Source: Candidatus Dadabacteria bacterium (GTDB lineage: Bacteria; Desulfobacterota_D; UBA1144; Nemesobacterales; CSP1-2). Taken from it: a stretch of DNA of 64,000 bases. Of the stretch, positions 1 through 11,430 are shown one piece after another. The position numbers and the translations under genes are program-made. The notes beneath the pieces are model-generated. The model was not told the origin of the DNA, ran no database searches, and saw only the letters and a list, made by a program, of their open reading frames with translations. The stretch lies in assembly GCA_963805855.1 (NCBI GenBank), contig CAWDVW010000005.1:288001-352000 (forward strand). The letters run 5' to 3'. Every line of letters starts with the position of its first letter. Positions within the stretch are counted from its first letter, which is position 1.

Positions 1-846
1 ATCGATAAGGATACTGTCAACCTCGTCAACTATTCCGAAATTATGCTCCCTCTGGACATAGTCTTCCAGAGAGAATTTCATATTATCCCTCAGATAATCA
101 AAACCAAACTCGTTGTTCGTTCCATAGGTAGCATCAGCGAGATAGGCCTCTTTTCTTGTACACTCTACAAGCCGTGTTTGGTATGCGGCAAGCGCTTCCA
201 GGTTTCTTTCCTTTGGAATTTCCATTTCTGCATATTCATCAGGCCACACGCTGAGGTTGTTTTGGATTGCGTGTTCTGCTCGATTGGGGTCTTCCCATTC
301 TACAAGATATGAGACCTCATGATTTATTACCCCTACCTTAAGCCCAAGCATTTTGTAGATCGGCCCCATCCACAGCGCATCCCTTCTTGCGAGGTAATCA
401 TTCACGGTTACAAGATGAGCGCCCAGTCCAGTTAAACCATTAAGATATATAGGAAGCGCAGCTACCAATGTCTTTCCCTCACCAGTCTTCATCTCAGCAA
501 TTTTTCCCTGATGCAAAACTATTCCACCAATCAACTGAACATCGAAATGACGGAGCCCCAATGACCTTCTAGACGCCTCTCTCACAAGTGCAAATGCCTC
601 TGGTAGAACCTCCCAGATAACATTTTCCAACTTAAGATAGTTCTCTTCTTCGTCAGATTCCTGATAACCATTTAACTCCTTCTTTATCGTTTCCCCGAGA
701 CTGTCAGTCCTGCTTCCCAATTCTATTGTAGGAATTTTAATAAGTTCATGTTCCAATTCATTTATGCGAGAGACGATAGGGCTAAGCCTTTTTAGCTCTC
801 TCTGGTTCTGAGTCCCTACAATCTTCTTCATAATATACGAAATCAT
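1..846 (-). CDS. secA: Preprotein translocase ATPase SecA, 5' part (runs off the window start)
   Basis: Manual minus-strand translation from ATG at 846 (GGAGG upstream): [21 protein letters not shown]...[29 protein letters not shown]...[17 protein letters not shown]...[11 protein letters not shown], which are the SecA NBD1 motifs. Confidence 0.96.
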   Translation of the reverse strand, partial: MISYIMKKIVGTQNQRELKRLSPIVSRINELEHELIKIPTIELGSRTDSLGETIKKELNGYQESDEEENYLKLENVIWEVLPEAFALVREASRRSLGLRHFDVQLIGGIVLHQGKIAEMKTGEGKTLVAALPIYLNGLTGLGAHLVTVNDYLARRDALWMGPIYKMLGLKVGVINHEVSYLVEWEDPNRAEHAIQNNLSVWPDEYAEMEIPKERNLEALAAYQTRLVECTRKEAYLADATYGTNNEFGFDYLRDNMKFSLEDYVQREHNFGIVDEVDSILID

Positions 847-970
847 ACTGCTTCTAGCCTCCCGACCAAGCATCAATGGATGATAAAAATTATAAGTTGA
901 AAACCCCTCTATAACAAGTTACAGGTAGTAGATAGGTCCAATATAGGTCGTAAAATTATCGATGCAAGCC

Positions 971-3900
971 TCACTGAAGTTCGACAGAAACTACCTTCGA
1001 AGTCCCTGGCTCACTTCCTGTTATTCCAATGAGTGAATCAACAGCTTGCATGGTCCTCTTATTATGGGTGATAATGATTACTTGCGATTTGTTTGCAATT
1101 TCCTTTAATAAAGCTATAAATTGAGACGTATTAACATCATCTAACGGAGCATCTATCTCATCAAAAAGAAGAAATGGTGAGGGCTTTACAAAACATGCGC
1201 TAACAACCAGAGCAATGGCAGACAGTGCTTTCTCACCGCCCGAAAGCAGGTTTATTGACTGAAATCTCTTCCCGTTTGGTCTTACCATTACTTCGACACC
1301 GGTATTGAGGATATCCTCCGGGTCTGTAAGAACTAACTTAGCTTCACCGCCTCTAAACAGTCTTCTAAAAATCTCCCGAAACTTGGTATTTACAACCTCA
1401 AAAGTCTCTGTGAACCTTTTCGAGGATTCCCTGTCTATTCTGTTCATAGCCTTTCTAAGGGATGATATCGCCGAGGTTAAATCTTCTACTTGATCATTCA
1501 GGAACTTATGCCTTTCCTCAAGGTTTGTAAACTCCTCCGGAGCGAGCAGATTAACTGGACCGAATCTATCGATTTTTTCTTTAAGTTTTAATAGCCTGCC
1601 CTCTTCGGCATTTGGATCGTAATCCTCAACGCCTTCTTCACCTTCTATATCGACGTCAATACCGCTTTTCTTTATTTCAACCTCTGTATGCTCGATCTCA
1701 ATCTGTAAGCCATTTATCTGAAGCTGCAGAGAATGTGATCTTTCCTGTAAGGAAGCGAGGTCTCCTCTTAACCTTTCTATTTCGGCTCCTTTGTCTCGTA
1801 GCTTACTCAATAACTGTTCCTTCTCATTTTTTCGTATTGATAACTCCTCTTCTTGGATATTGATAATACCCAACAGATTCTCGGTATAATCTTTTGCTTC
1901 TTCCCCAGATTTAATAAGATTTACCTTCTCCACCTTTTTCCTTTCGACTTCTTTGGACTCGGTCTCTAGCCTATTTTTAGTTTCTCTAATCCTGTTCGTA
2001 AGATCATCTAAGTCCTCAAGGATTCCCTTTTCCTTTTCCAAAAGAGTCGCGACTTCGATCCTGAGATCAGCTAATTCCCCCTCGAGGCCCTCCTCTTCGA
2101 CCTCGTAACCCCTCAATACCAGTTCGATTTCACTATACCTCGTCTCCTGTCGTGTTTTCTCCCCTTCAATCTGTGTTACGCCTTTTTTCACTTCATCGAT
2201 TTTCTTCTCAAGTTCTTCTATTTCTAAATCAATAACATTTAACTCGTTTCCAATGACATCGTGTTTTTTACCAATTTTCACGAGATTATCTCGGATATTA
2301 GACAGATCTTTATTGATCTCCGCCTCCTTTATTTCAACCTCGACTAACTCCTTCTCCGACTTCTGCAAAGCACTTTTGATGTCCTCTATTTCAGTCTGAC
2401 TTGCATCAATTTCAACTGAAATTCTTGAAATATCCTTTTCGAGTATTAACGCGTCGGCAGACAACTCCTCAATTTCTCTCTTTCTCTCAAAAACCCCCTC
2501 GGTTGCGAAGCCCCCTGATATCGCCCCGGTTGTGTCCAGGAAATCTCCTTCAAGTGTCACGAACGAAGTCCCTTCACCCATCTCATCTCGTAGCTCCAAT
2601 CCCTCCTTAAGAGACTTTACGATAAACACACCTTTGAGCATGTTTTCAAATATTTCACTGTCAAGACCCTCGACCATGACCTTATCTAAAAGTGGGAACA
2701 CAGAACTCCCATTACTATTAAATTCGCCATTGTTAAAATTTGAAGTAACCGGAATAAAGGTACCCCTTCCGACAGACAACTCCCTAAGTGACTCCACAGC
2801 AGATATTGCGGCTTCCCTCTCCTTTACGAATACCCATTTTAGCTTCTCACCCAATGCTGCCTCAATTGCCCTCTCATAACCCTTCTCTACAGAAATGAAA
2901 TCAGCAGTCAGGCCTAAAATCCCGTTTCCTTTTCTCTCGACCAGAAATCTTCCTATCCCCTCGGGTAACCACTCATAGTTAAATTGGATCTGCCTCAGCG
3001 CACTCAACCTTGAATTGACCTCATTTAGGCGCTCACCCAGTTGCGAGATGTCCTTTTTTTTCATTTCTTGATCGGCAGTCTTGGCAATTAGAGCGTTTTG
3101 TATGCCTTGGTTACTTTGTTTTATTTGTTTCTTCCTCTCATCCAAATCAAGCATTGTATGTTCCAGATCAGAAATGTACTTGAAAGTTGTTTCTCTTTCG
3201 CCCTCTACATCAGTCAACTCTCTTTTCATCCTATCTCTTCTTGATCTCAACTCATTCAACTCTTTGTCATAGCCAAAGGCGGCCCCTTTCATAGAACTAT
3301 GCTTATCTATTATTTCGAACAGAACCGCCTTGGTGTTATCAAGGTCTATCTTTTGTTTCGTGATTTTATCTTTTAAACCGGAGAGAAGATCTTCTTTATT
3401 TATAATCTCATTCTTTATATGGGAAATATCTCTTTTAAACCTCTCAAGGTTATCTTTCTTATTTTCGGTCTGACCCTCTAATTTCACCTCTTGCTCTTTT
3501 AGGAGGTTAATCTCTCTTTCCAATTTACCAACATATTCGTCGATGCTAGAGATCTCACTTTTCACTCTTTCCTGGAAGGATTGCTTTGTCTGTAGATCCG
3601 ATCTTAAGCCATATGTCTCTTTCTCGAATATAACGATGTTCTCCTCCAATCCCTTTACGCTACCCTCAATTTCTCTCACTTCGTTATCTCTGTCCTTTAC
3701 TTGCGCATTTACGCTGGATATACCGTTGTCAATCTCTGACTTCTCAGCTTGAAAACCCTTTTTCTTTATGTCTAACAGCCTGATTCTCGCAAGGTTTATT
3801 CTTAACTCGGTCCTCCTTGCTTCTTCTGACAGACGCCTAAACTCTTCGGCATCTTTGGCCTGGCGGCTCAGGATCTGCATCTGGCGACTTACCTCCTTTA

Positions 3901-4474
3901 TCAGATCCTTAACTCTGGCAAGATTCTCATTCGTCGATTTGATCCTGCTTTCGGTCTCACGCCGCCTTACCTTGTATTTGAGGATTCCGGCTACCTCTTC
4001 AATCAGCAACCTCTTATCTTCAGGCTTCGCAGAGATCATCTGCTCAATCTTACCCTGACCTATTATCGAGAACGCTCGCGCTCCGGCCCCGGTATCCAGA
4101 AACATTTCAGTAATGTCCTTCAGCCGACAAGGCGTTCCATTGATGTAGTATTCGGATTCCCCGGATCGAAAGAGCCTACGTTTGATCACAATTTCACCGA
4201 ATCCGTCATCAGGTAGATCGTTGAGTACTAGAGAAACCTCCGCCAGCCCCAGGGGCTTGAGCGTTTCACCGCCATTAGAAATTACATCATCCATGGCCTC
4301 GGCTCTGAGCCTTCTTGGATTCTGCTCTCCCAGGATCCAAAGGATTGCATCGAATACATTTGATTTCCCGCATCCATTAGGTCCTACGACCGCATTTATT
4401 CTGTCATGACATGGGACAATTGTTTTTTCATAGAAGGATTTAAAGCCCAAGATTTCGATTGACTTGATTTTCAT
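971..4474 (-). CDS. smc: Chromosome segregation protein SMC
   Basis: N-terminal GFKSF and Walker A (GPNGCGKSN), long coiled coils with a hinge, C-terminal LSGGEKAL signature and LFDEIDAPLD Walker B. Confidence 0.97.
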   Translation of the reverse strand: MKIKSIEILGFKSFYEKTIVPCHDRINAVVGPNGCGKSNVFDAILWILGEQNPRRLRAEAMDDVISNGGETLKPLGLAEVSLVLNDLPDDGFGEIVIKRRLFRSGESEYYINGTPCRLKDITEMFLDTGAGARAFSIIGQGKIEQMISAKPEDKRLLIEEVAGILKYKVRRRETESRIKSTNENLARVKDLIKEVSRQMQILSRQAKDAEEFRRLSEEARRTELRINLARIRLLDIKKKGFQAEKSEIDNGISSVNAQVKDRDNEVREIEGSVKGLEENIVIFEKETYGLRSDLQTKQSFQERVKSEISSIDEYVGKLEREINLLKEQEVKLEGQTENKKDNLERFKRDISHIKNEIINKEDLLSGLKDKITKQKIDLDNTKAVLFEIIDKHSSMKGAAFGYDKELNELRSRRDRMKRELTDVEGERETTFKYISDLEHTMLDLDERKKQIKQSNQGIQNALIAKTADQEMKKKDISQLGERLNEVNSRLSALRQIQFNYEWLPEGIGRFLVERKGNGILGLTADFISVEKGYERAIEAALGEKLKWVFVKEREAAISAVESLRELSVGRGTFIPVTSNFNNGEFNSNGSSVFPLLDKVMVEGLDSEIFENMLKGVFIVKSLKEGLELRDEMGEGTSFVTLEGDFLDTTGAISGGFATEGVFERKREIEELSADALILEKDISRISVEIDASQTEIEDIKSALQKSEKELVEVEIKEAEINKDLSNIRDNLVKIGKKHDVIGNELNVIDLEIEELEKKIDEVKKGVTQIEGEKTRQETRYSEIELVLRGYEVEEEGLEGELADLRIEVATLLEKEKGILEDLDDLTNRIRETKNRLETESKEVERKKVEKVNLIKSGEEAKDYTENLLGIINIQEEELSIRKNEKEQLLSKLRDKGAEIERLRGDLASLQERSHSLQLQINGLQIEIEHTEVEIKKSGIDVDIEGEEGVEDYDPNAEEGRLLKLKEKIDRFGPVNLLAPEEFTNLEERHKFLNDQVEDLTSAISSLRKAMNRIDRESSKRFTETFEVVNTKFREIFRRLFRGGEAKLVLTDPEDILNTGVEVMVRPNGKRFQSINLLSGGEKALSAIALVVSACFVKPSPFLLFDEIDAPLDDVNTSQFIALLKEIANKSQVIIITHNKRTMQAVDSLIGITGSEPGTSKVVSVELQ

Positions 4475-4770
4475 CTATAAATAAGCTTAATCCGACCTAA
4501 TCCAGAATTTTTATTCATATTAACACAACTTGCTGTAGTTTGCTAGGGGTTTTATACAATATATTGTGTATGATCAAATAATCGCTTCCGAAAGCAGCAG
4601 TAGCCTCCATTTACCGAAGGGACAAAGAGAAGGGAATAGGAGATAAATCGATACGCTACTTTAGGAACCGGACTCTAAGTTGCTGATCTTGTTTTGTTTT
4701 ATGAATCCCGAGAAACTCCAGGTGGCTTTTCGATGCTGACTTGACTGCTACAGAGGTAAGAACTGCCTTA

Positions 4771-6378
4771 CTATCCGGCCTGCCCCCTTGGGCGGATGAT
4801 ACTTTCGTTAGGGATAATCTTTGCCTCCTCTCTCAGCTTTTGGAGCCACTCCGACAAGATGTCATTCCTGCGCCGGGCAATTTCATTGTCTCCGAGTTCT
4901 GTTTTTTTTTCTTCAAATCCCTGCGTATCTGGCTCCTGAATTTCCTTCAATGATGCAACATAAAACCTATCGCCCGAGATATAAACCCTCGGGGCCATAG
5001 GATTACTTTTCTCGAGGGAGAAAGCATCTTTCTTCAACTCTCCGGAGTTGATTTTAGGAACATTATCAAGACGGCTGAAAAATCCGGTCTCTTCAACCTC
5101 AAGGCCCTTAGATCTTGCAAATTCCTTTATCCCGTCTTTAGTCTTATTTATATTGTCGAGAAACTCCTGAGCCTTTAACCTAGACGATTCTTTCGCTTTG
5201 GTTGTTTTTATTTTTTCTGCAATTTCCTTTTCCGCCTCATCCAATTTTTTTTGGTATGGTTGCGATACCTCCGCTACCTCTATGATCCATATTGTATCTC
5301 CCACTATCGAATACCCCTTCTCACCTTTATTTATAGAAAAGGCCTTGCTTGCCACCTGAAGAGGTATACCCTCAATTGCTTCACCAGCGGCAAACACCTT
5401 GCTCTCGCTAATATCAACTATACCATTCTGGTGCGCCAACTCAGCGAACGAGCTTTTCTCGAATCTGTCATTAAGTTCCTTTAAAAAATCATCTTTAAGA
5501 AACGTCGCACGTTGTTTTCTAATTTTATCCCGAACCTTTTCTTTAACTTCGGATAAGGGTAAGACATTGTTGTCCTCAGATCTAAATTCATCCGGATAGG
5601 AATTGTAGTAAGCTTCGATCTCCTGATCACTTACCGTCACATTTCTCTCCAGTTTATCGGGGGTAATTTTAAAGTAACGTATCCTTCTCAATTCTGGCGT
5701 TTTGAATTCATCCGTATGCATTTCATAGTAACTCGAGATCTCTTCTTTGCTAAGTGTCGCGGAATCCAAGTACTCCTCGGGAGAAAACTCAACAAAGTAT
5801 AGATTTACCTTCTCATTTTGCTTCTTGTATACGCTCAACAGTTCCTCATCCGTGATATTAGCTGTTTGATTGATAAGATTTATGAGTTTCCGAACCAGAA
5901 TTTCTTCCCTGTATTTCAGTTCGAAACTACTCACAGTATCATTTGTCGACTGTTCTATAAGGGTTTTATATGCTTCGGTCCCGATGAATTGCCCATCGAT
6001 CTGAAAAGCCGGGTTGGATCTAATAGCCTCGCTCAATTCCTCATCCGTTACCCTAAATCCCATATCTCTTGCCTTTTGTGATAGAAGCTTTAAGTCTATT
6101 AATTGATTAAGAGCCGACAGATTGATATAGTTTTGGATTGCCTCCGGGATCTCCCCCTGTTGTTTAAACTGTTTATAGAGATTTTCTCTAACCTTTAAGA
6201 ATTCCATTAACGAGATTTTCTCGCCATTCACCTCCGCCGCTGTACCCTGGGGAACTCCTCTCAATAGCCCAAATTTCTGGAAACTGAAGCCGAATCCAAC
6301 TACAAAGGTAATCGCGAGTAGGATCAGAAGACCTTTCGTAAACCAGGTATTGTGTTTTCTAATTAAATCTAGGCTCAT
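4771..6378 (-). CDS. PpiD/SurA N-terminal-domain periplasmic chaperone
   Basis: N-terminal TM segment, AEVNGEKIS, 'VTDEELSEAIRSNPAFQIDGQF' and 'YYEMHTDEFKTPELRRIRY', typical of PpiD-like proteins. Confidence 0.8.
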   Translation of the reverse strand: MSLDLIRKHNTWFTKGLLILLAITFVVGFGFSFQKFGLLRGVPQGTAAEVNGEKISLMEFLKVRENLYKQFKQQGEIPEAIQNYINLSALNQLIDLKLLSQKARDMGFRVTDEELSEAIRSNPAFQIDGQFIGTEAYKTLIEQSTNDTVSSFELKYREEILVRKLINLINQTANITDEELLSVYKKQNEKVNLYFVEFSPEEYLDSATLSKEEISSYYEMHTDEFKTPELRRIRYFKITPDKLERNVTVSDQEIEAYYNSYPDEFRSEDNNVLPLSEVKEKVRDKIRKQRATFLKDDFLKELNDRFEKSSFAELAHQNGIVDISESKVFAAGEAIEGIPLQVASKAFSINKGEKGYSIVGDTIWIIEVAEVSQPYQKKLDEAEKEIAEKIKTTKAKESSRLKAQEFLDNINKTKDGIKEFARSKGLEVEETGFFSRLDNVPKINSGELKKDAFSLEKSNPMAPRVYISGDRFYVASLKEIQEPDTQGFEEKKTELGDNEIARRRNDILSEWLQKLREEAKIIPNESIIRPRGQAG

Positions 6379-6685
6379 TCGTCAACCACCACAATCGTAA
6401 GGCTATATTAAAATCTATATGACTTTATAAAAGTATCAAATGAACAAGCCTCCAGCAAGCTGCAAGTTATCAGTACATCAGCACTCTGTCAACCATGTCA
6501 TCGCTACGAAACCTGAGCAAGGTTGAAGGATACGAGGCAACCTAAAACGAAAAAAATGAGATTGCTTCACGATAAAACTCCTCGGAAAGAGACAAAGGGA
6601 CCAAAGCCTGGATTTCCACCTAGGGAATGTGGGAACGGCAGGCTATGAGATAGCTTCAACTTGCCTCGCAAATTTCTTAATTATA

Positions 6686-6918
6686 GACGTCACATAATTC
6701 TTGGATAGTGTTTTAGACCTTAAATGGGCATTCAAAAAATTGCCAAAATCAATTCCGGAAGCGTAAAAAAAAGTGACAATCATTACTGTCATCTCGAAGG
6801 AACAAAGTGACTGAGAGAACTAATTAATTATAGCAATAGATATCTCGCATTCGCTCGATACGCAAGCGTTTTTTGTCAGCCCTTGATTTTTGTTTCTTTG
6901 TATCAAGACAAAGAAAAA
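6686..6918. repeat. Dispersed ~210-230 bp intergenic repeat, family A copy 1 (MITE/REP-like)
   Basis: Near-identical to 30907-31153 and 43907-44120 (TAAATGGGCATTCAAAAAATTGCCAAAATCAATTCCGGAAGCG...TTCTTTGTATCAAGACAAAGAA). Confidence 0.92.
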
Positions 6919-7058
6919 ATAGAAGGAGGTGGCGTATTGCCGCTACAATGGCACGCTATTAGCTTTAGATAATTGCAGAGTCTGTTGAATAATTACGTCA
7001 GAAACACGTATTGACATCGAGGGATGCCGAATATAGATACATCCAAGCCCCTGTTTTT

Positions 7059-7421
7059 TCATTTGCAAATATCAAAATAATAAACCCCATCCCTAACATC
7101 TACAACTTCCACTCGAGCCCCTATCTCGAGATTTTCTGAATTTGAGTTAACTAATAAACGACCCGTTAACTTAAAATCTTCCTGAAACTCAACAACGGCA
7201 ACTGTATAAGGCGCCTCATCCTCGAGACTTGAGAGTGGAACATAAACTGTGGAGTAAGTATATAGAGTTCCTTTACCAGGAATCTCTATCGACTCCAATT
7301 TATCCGAGTTACATGAAACGCAAAAATATGCCGGAGGGGATTGATACTTGCCACAGGAAGAACATTTATGGACCGAAACATCCATCGTATTCAATTCCTT
7401 GCCAGTATATGGACTACACAT
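7059..7421 (-). CDS. Zn-ribbon/OB-fold (DUF35) thiolase partner protein
   Basis: CSSCG...PPAYFCVSC zinc ribbon, then GKGTLYTYSTV and APYTVAVVE; lies directly downstream of the thiolase. The true start is probably slightly downstream (MDVSVHKC). Confidence 0.88.
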   Translation of the reverse strand: MCSPYTGKELNTMDVSVHKCSSCGKYQSPPAYFCVSCNSDKLESIEIPGKGTLYTYSTVYVPLSSLEDEAPYTVAVVEFQEDFKLTGRLLVNSNSENLEIGARVEVVDVRDGVYYFDICK

Positions 7422-8557
7422 GTGGCGCCGGAACCACCTAGGTTATGGGTTAGTCCAAAATCCGCATTTTCCACCTGTCTGTCATCGGCATCCCCTCGAA
7501 GCTGAAGCGCTATCTCTGCAATCTGGTCGACACCAGTTGCACCCACGGGATGTCCTTTGGCTTTGAGCCCTCCGCTGGGATTTACCACAAATTTACCCCC
7601 GTATGATGTCATTCCGTCAGATGTTGCGGGACCCCCTTGCCCCTTAGGAACAAATCCCAGATCCTCAATTGCTAATATCTCAGCGATCGTAAAACAATCA
7701 TGGACTTCTGCTACATCAATATCCCGGGGTTTTAGACCTGCCATAGCAAATGCCATCTCCGCCGCCACCACAGTAGCGTTAAATTTAGTCAAATCATCCT
7801 TTTGATATAATGCAAAATGATCCATCGCCTGACCGTATCCTATTATATCGACGGGCTTATCCGACAAACTTCTTGCTATGCCTCCTTCGCTTAGAACAAC
7901 GGCCGATGCGCCATCTGTTATTAGAGAACAGTCATAAAGTCGAAGCGGGTCCGCTACTATTCTGTCATCCTCCAAAACCTGATCAATAGTAATAGATTTA
8001 TGCATGTGCGCTGTAGGATTATTTAGACCGTTTTTGTGATTCTTTACAGCCACAGCAGCTAGATGTTTCCTAGTAGTCCCGTATTGATGCATGTGTCTCC
8101 TGGCCATCATTGCAAATGCGCAGGGAAAGGTGTAACCGACCTTTACTTCATTTTCCCAGTCCCCTGCCTTAGCTAGAAATTCTGTAACCTTGGGCGTAGT
8201 GACCGTATTCATCTTTTCAACACCGATAACTAAAACTATCCGAGCAGTGCCTGAGTTTATTGCTAGAATCCCCTCCCTCACTGCGGAACCCCCTGAAGCA
8301 CAGGCATTTTCAATATGAGTACAGGCAACGTGCGCCCCCAAACCCAGTGCTGAACCCACGTAGGGTGCAAGATGATTCTGATTGATAAAATCGCTTGCAC
8401 CGTAGTTTCCCAGGTATAGGGCTTCTATTTCTTCAGGGCCAATGCCGGCATCATCCATCGCCTTTTTCCCCGCTTCCACAGATAAGTCCAATAACGTTTT
8501 CTCCTTTAACACCCCAAACTTAGTTTTTCCTATTCCTACTACAGATATATCCTTCAT
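7391..8557 (-). CDS. Thiolase (SCP2/archaeal-type acetyl-CoA acetyltransferase family)
   Basis: ENACASGG, AEVHDCFTIAE, VNPSGGLKAKGHPVGATG and HNLGG motifs. Confidence 0.92.
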   Translation of the reverse strand: MKDISVVGIGKTKFGVLKEKTLLDLSVEAGKKAMDDAGIGPEEIEALYLGNYGASDFINQNHLAPYVGSALGLGAHVACTHIENACASGGSAVREGILAINSGTARIVLVIGVEKMNTVTTPKVTEFLAKAGDWENEVKVGYTFPCAFAMMARRHMHQYGTTRKHLAAVAVKNHKNGLNNPTAHMHKSITIDQVLEDDRIVADPLRLYDCSLITDGASAVVLSEGGIARSLSDKPVDIIGYGQAMDHFALYQKDDLTKFNATVVAAEMAFAMAGLKPRDIDVAEVHDCFTIAEILAIEDLGFVPKGQGGPATSDGMTSYGGKFVVNPSGGLKAKGHPVGATGVDQIAEIALQLRGDADDRQVENADFGLTHNLGGSGATCVVHILARN

Positions 8558-8953
8558 AGTTTCTTACCTGAATCCCGGTATATTCTAGACGAACGCTGAT
8601 TACATATATCCTCTAGAAATACAATATTTTACCTTATGATTTCCATAATATTTGATGAACTAGCATTACATTCATCTCTTGTTGCTCTCTCTACCAAAAA
8701 GCAAAAATGTTAGTAACTATGTCTCTCAACTAGAGGCGACCTCAAGTGACCAGCATCTTGAGATGATGAGTCAATAGAATCTCTTTGTCAAATTACTATA
8801 AGCCATTTACGGGAGAATCAGCCTCTAAGCGAAAAACCCCTTCAATAATCTTTAAAACCGTGGGCTCCCCGAGGACTGGATGCTAGCTTCAATTCAATCA
8901 AATCCACCTAACTGCTCTTACCCGTCCTCCGATAATGATAGGTGCAGTAAATC

Positions 8954-8982
8954 TTGACACTCACAGATCTCTAACTTATTCT
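8954..8982 (+). promoter_or_regulatory. Putative sigma70 promoter upstream of cofD
   Basis: TTGACA-17 nt-TATTCT about 90 bp upstream of the ATG at 9075. Confidence 0.5.
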
Positions 8983-9074
8983 AACGCTTATGTCCTGATT
9001 TAATTCACGCTCTTTGTTTTCAATAATGTCCTTATCCGGAAAAAGATAGTAATCTATATTTATAAGGTTAATCA

Positions 9075-10001
9075 ATGATAACAGCCCTTGGAGGAGGGGT
9101 TGGGGCAGCAAAGTTCTTGAGGGGCCTCTCCAAAGTTATAAAAGAAGAATTACTCACGGTAATAGTCAATACTGGCGACGACATTTCTATCTCCGGCCTC
9201 AGAATCTCCCCTGATATAGATATAGTAATCTACTGGCTGTCAAACATCGTAGACAGGAAAAAGGGATGGGGTATCGTGGACGATACCTTCAGCTGTCTGG
9301 AAGCCATGACAAAATTTGGTTTAGAGGGCTGGTTCAGCCTCGGCGACAGGGACATTGCAACACATATTTTTCGAACATACTTGAGGGGAATGGGATTTAA
9401 ACCCTCTGAGATTACCGGCAGAATCGCAAAGGCCTTAGATGTCGGCGACATAAAGATACTCCCCATGACCGATGAAGATGTAGAAACGTGGATTCTCACT
9501 GACGAAGGCGAAATGCACTTTCAGGAATATCTAGTAAAAAAACAGATGAATCCAACCGTGAAATCGGTATTTATTAGGGGTATTGAAAAAGCAAAGCCCG
9601 CCCCCGGAGTAATAGACGCGATAGAAGAGTCAAGGTTAATAATACTATGCCCAAGCAATCCGATAATTAGCATCGGTCCCATACTCAAGATAATTAAGAT
9701 AAGAGAAGCACTCCAAAGGACAAAAGCCAGAATAATGGCAATCAGCCCACTCGTAGGTGGAAAACCATTAAAGGGCCCGGCCGACCGGCTGATGAAGGGC
9801 ATCGGCCTTGAGGTTTCATCAACACAGGTAGCCAAACTCTATAAAGATTTCATTGATGGGATGGTAATCGACGAAAGAGATGCTCTTGAAGCAAATGCAA
9901 TAAGACAATTGGGCATCGAGCCATTTGTACTCGATACAATCATGAATGAAGACGAAAAAGCTGAGCAGGTGGCAAAACAGGTATTGAAGCTATCGGCATA
10001 G
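9075..10001 (+). CDS. cofD: 2-phospho-L-lactate transferase (F420 biosynthesis)
   Basis: ALGGGVGAAKFLRGL, IVNTGDD, ISPDID, WFSLGDRDIATHIFRT, HFQEY, PSNPIISIGPIL and KGPADRLM motifs. Confidence 0.93.
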   Translation: MITALGGGVGAAKFLRGLSKVIKEELLTVIVNTGDDISISGLRISPDIDIVIYWLSNIVDRKKGWGIVDDTFSCLEAMTKFGLEGWFSLGDRDIATHIFRTYLRGMGFKPSEITGRIAKALDVGDIKILPMTDEDVETWILTDEGEMHFQEYLVKKQMNPTVKSVFIRGIEKAKPAPGVIDAIEESRLIILCPSNPIISIGPILKIIKIREALQRTKARIMAISPLVGGKPLKGPADRLMKGIGLEVSSTQVAKLYKDFIDGMVIDERDALEANAIRQLGIEPFVLDTIMNEDEKAEQVAKQVLKLSA

Positions 10002-10237
10002 TAAAATCACCGAAGTGTGAAATCGTTAATTTTTATCAGTCGAGAAAGACTTGACAAGAACCAAATAATCATGTGACTATAATAAAATCATGATGGGTAC
10101 TTGAGTTCATTTATAACTAGCCCAGCGAAGATTTAGAGGGAAAAGCTAAAATGATTTCATTCGTTGAAGAAACAGACAATCTATTTTCCTCAGAACAGGT
10201 TTATTCCTCCTTCAAATCACACGGCGTTGAAGTAAAC

Positions 10238-11430
10238 ATGGGAAAACCACCGTCGACAAGATTGGAGAAAATATTTCAGGATGCCTACTCATTCGGACAA
10301 TCAGCAGGGAAGACGCACTATCTCTCGTCACTCTTAAAACGGAAGAAATACCCTACTTATTGATAGCTGCCTCTAAAATCAGAGACAGGGGCAAGGGCAG
10401 GACACTCAGCTTCTCAAGGAATATCTTTTTACCACTTACAAGACTCTGCAGGGATCACTGTGGATATTGTACCTTTAAAATTGAACCAGAAGAAGGTGAA
10501 CTCTTTGTACCTCCCGACGAAGTAAAGGATATGGCAAGAAAAGGTGCACAGCTTGGATGCACCGAACTCCTTTTCGTAACGGGTGATAAACCTGAACTTG
10601 TATACCCTTCTTATCGTGAAGCCCTTCGGGACATAGGCTATGAGACGACTGCAGAGTATCTGATAGCGATGTGTGAGGCGGGACTAAGGGAGAACATTTT
10701 CCCTCATTCTAACCTTGGATTGGCAACCAGGGAAGAGCTTCTAGCCCTCAAAGAATCGAACCCGAGCATGGGGCTAATGCTGGAAAACATTAGTCCAAGA
10801 CTCCTGAAGAAAGGCCAGGCACACTACCGCTCGGCCGACAAGGTACCTAAACTCAGGATGAGAACAATGGAACTGGCCGGAGAGTTAAGAATCGCCTGGA
10901 CTAGTGGGATATTGGTGGGCATCGGTGAAACATGGGAAGAAAGGATTGATTCGCTTTATGCATTAAAGAATCTTTCGGACGAATATGGTCATATTCAAGA
11001 AATAATAATACAGAATTTTAGTCCAAAGCACGGAATTATTATGCAAAATTATACACCCCCAAGCTTCATGGAAATGCTTAAGACTGTCGCAATATCAAGG
11101 CTCATTCTTGGAGAGAATATGAATATACAAGTCCCGCCAAATTTAAATCCCAAGACTTATCCGCTATTCATTTTTGCGGGTATAAACGACCTGGGCGGTG
11201 TATCTCCACTTACAATCGACTATGTAAACCCTGAGGCTCCGTGGCCGCATATAAAGACTATGGAGAATCTATGCGATGAGGTCGGATTCAAATTAGAAGA
11301 AAGGCTGCCAGTTTACCCTGAATTTATAAACGAAGAGTTCATAAGCAAACTGGTTCTGGAACGCATTTACAATTTTGTCGACCAGAGTGGATTTGTAAGA
11401 ACGCAGGAGGTTCAGAATGGAAGATATTAA
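10238..11430 (+). CDS. cofG: FO synthase subunit CofG (radical SAM), with an apparent frameshift near 10298
   Basis: FSRNIFLPLTRLCRDHCGYCTF (CxxxCxxC), SMGLMLE, GHIQEIIIQNF, IQVPPNL and GINDLGGVSPLTIDYVNPEAPWP. The N-terminal part (MGKPPSTRLEKIFQDAYSFG) is in a different frame from TISREDALSL...LIAASKIRD. The start position is uncertain. Confidence 0.9.

Noticed and set aside
43-312. 89-aa plus-strand ORF
   Set aside because: It is antisense to secA.
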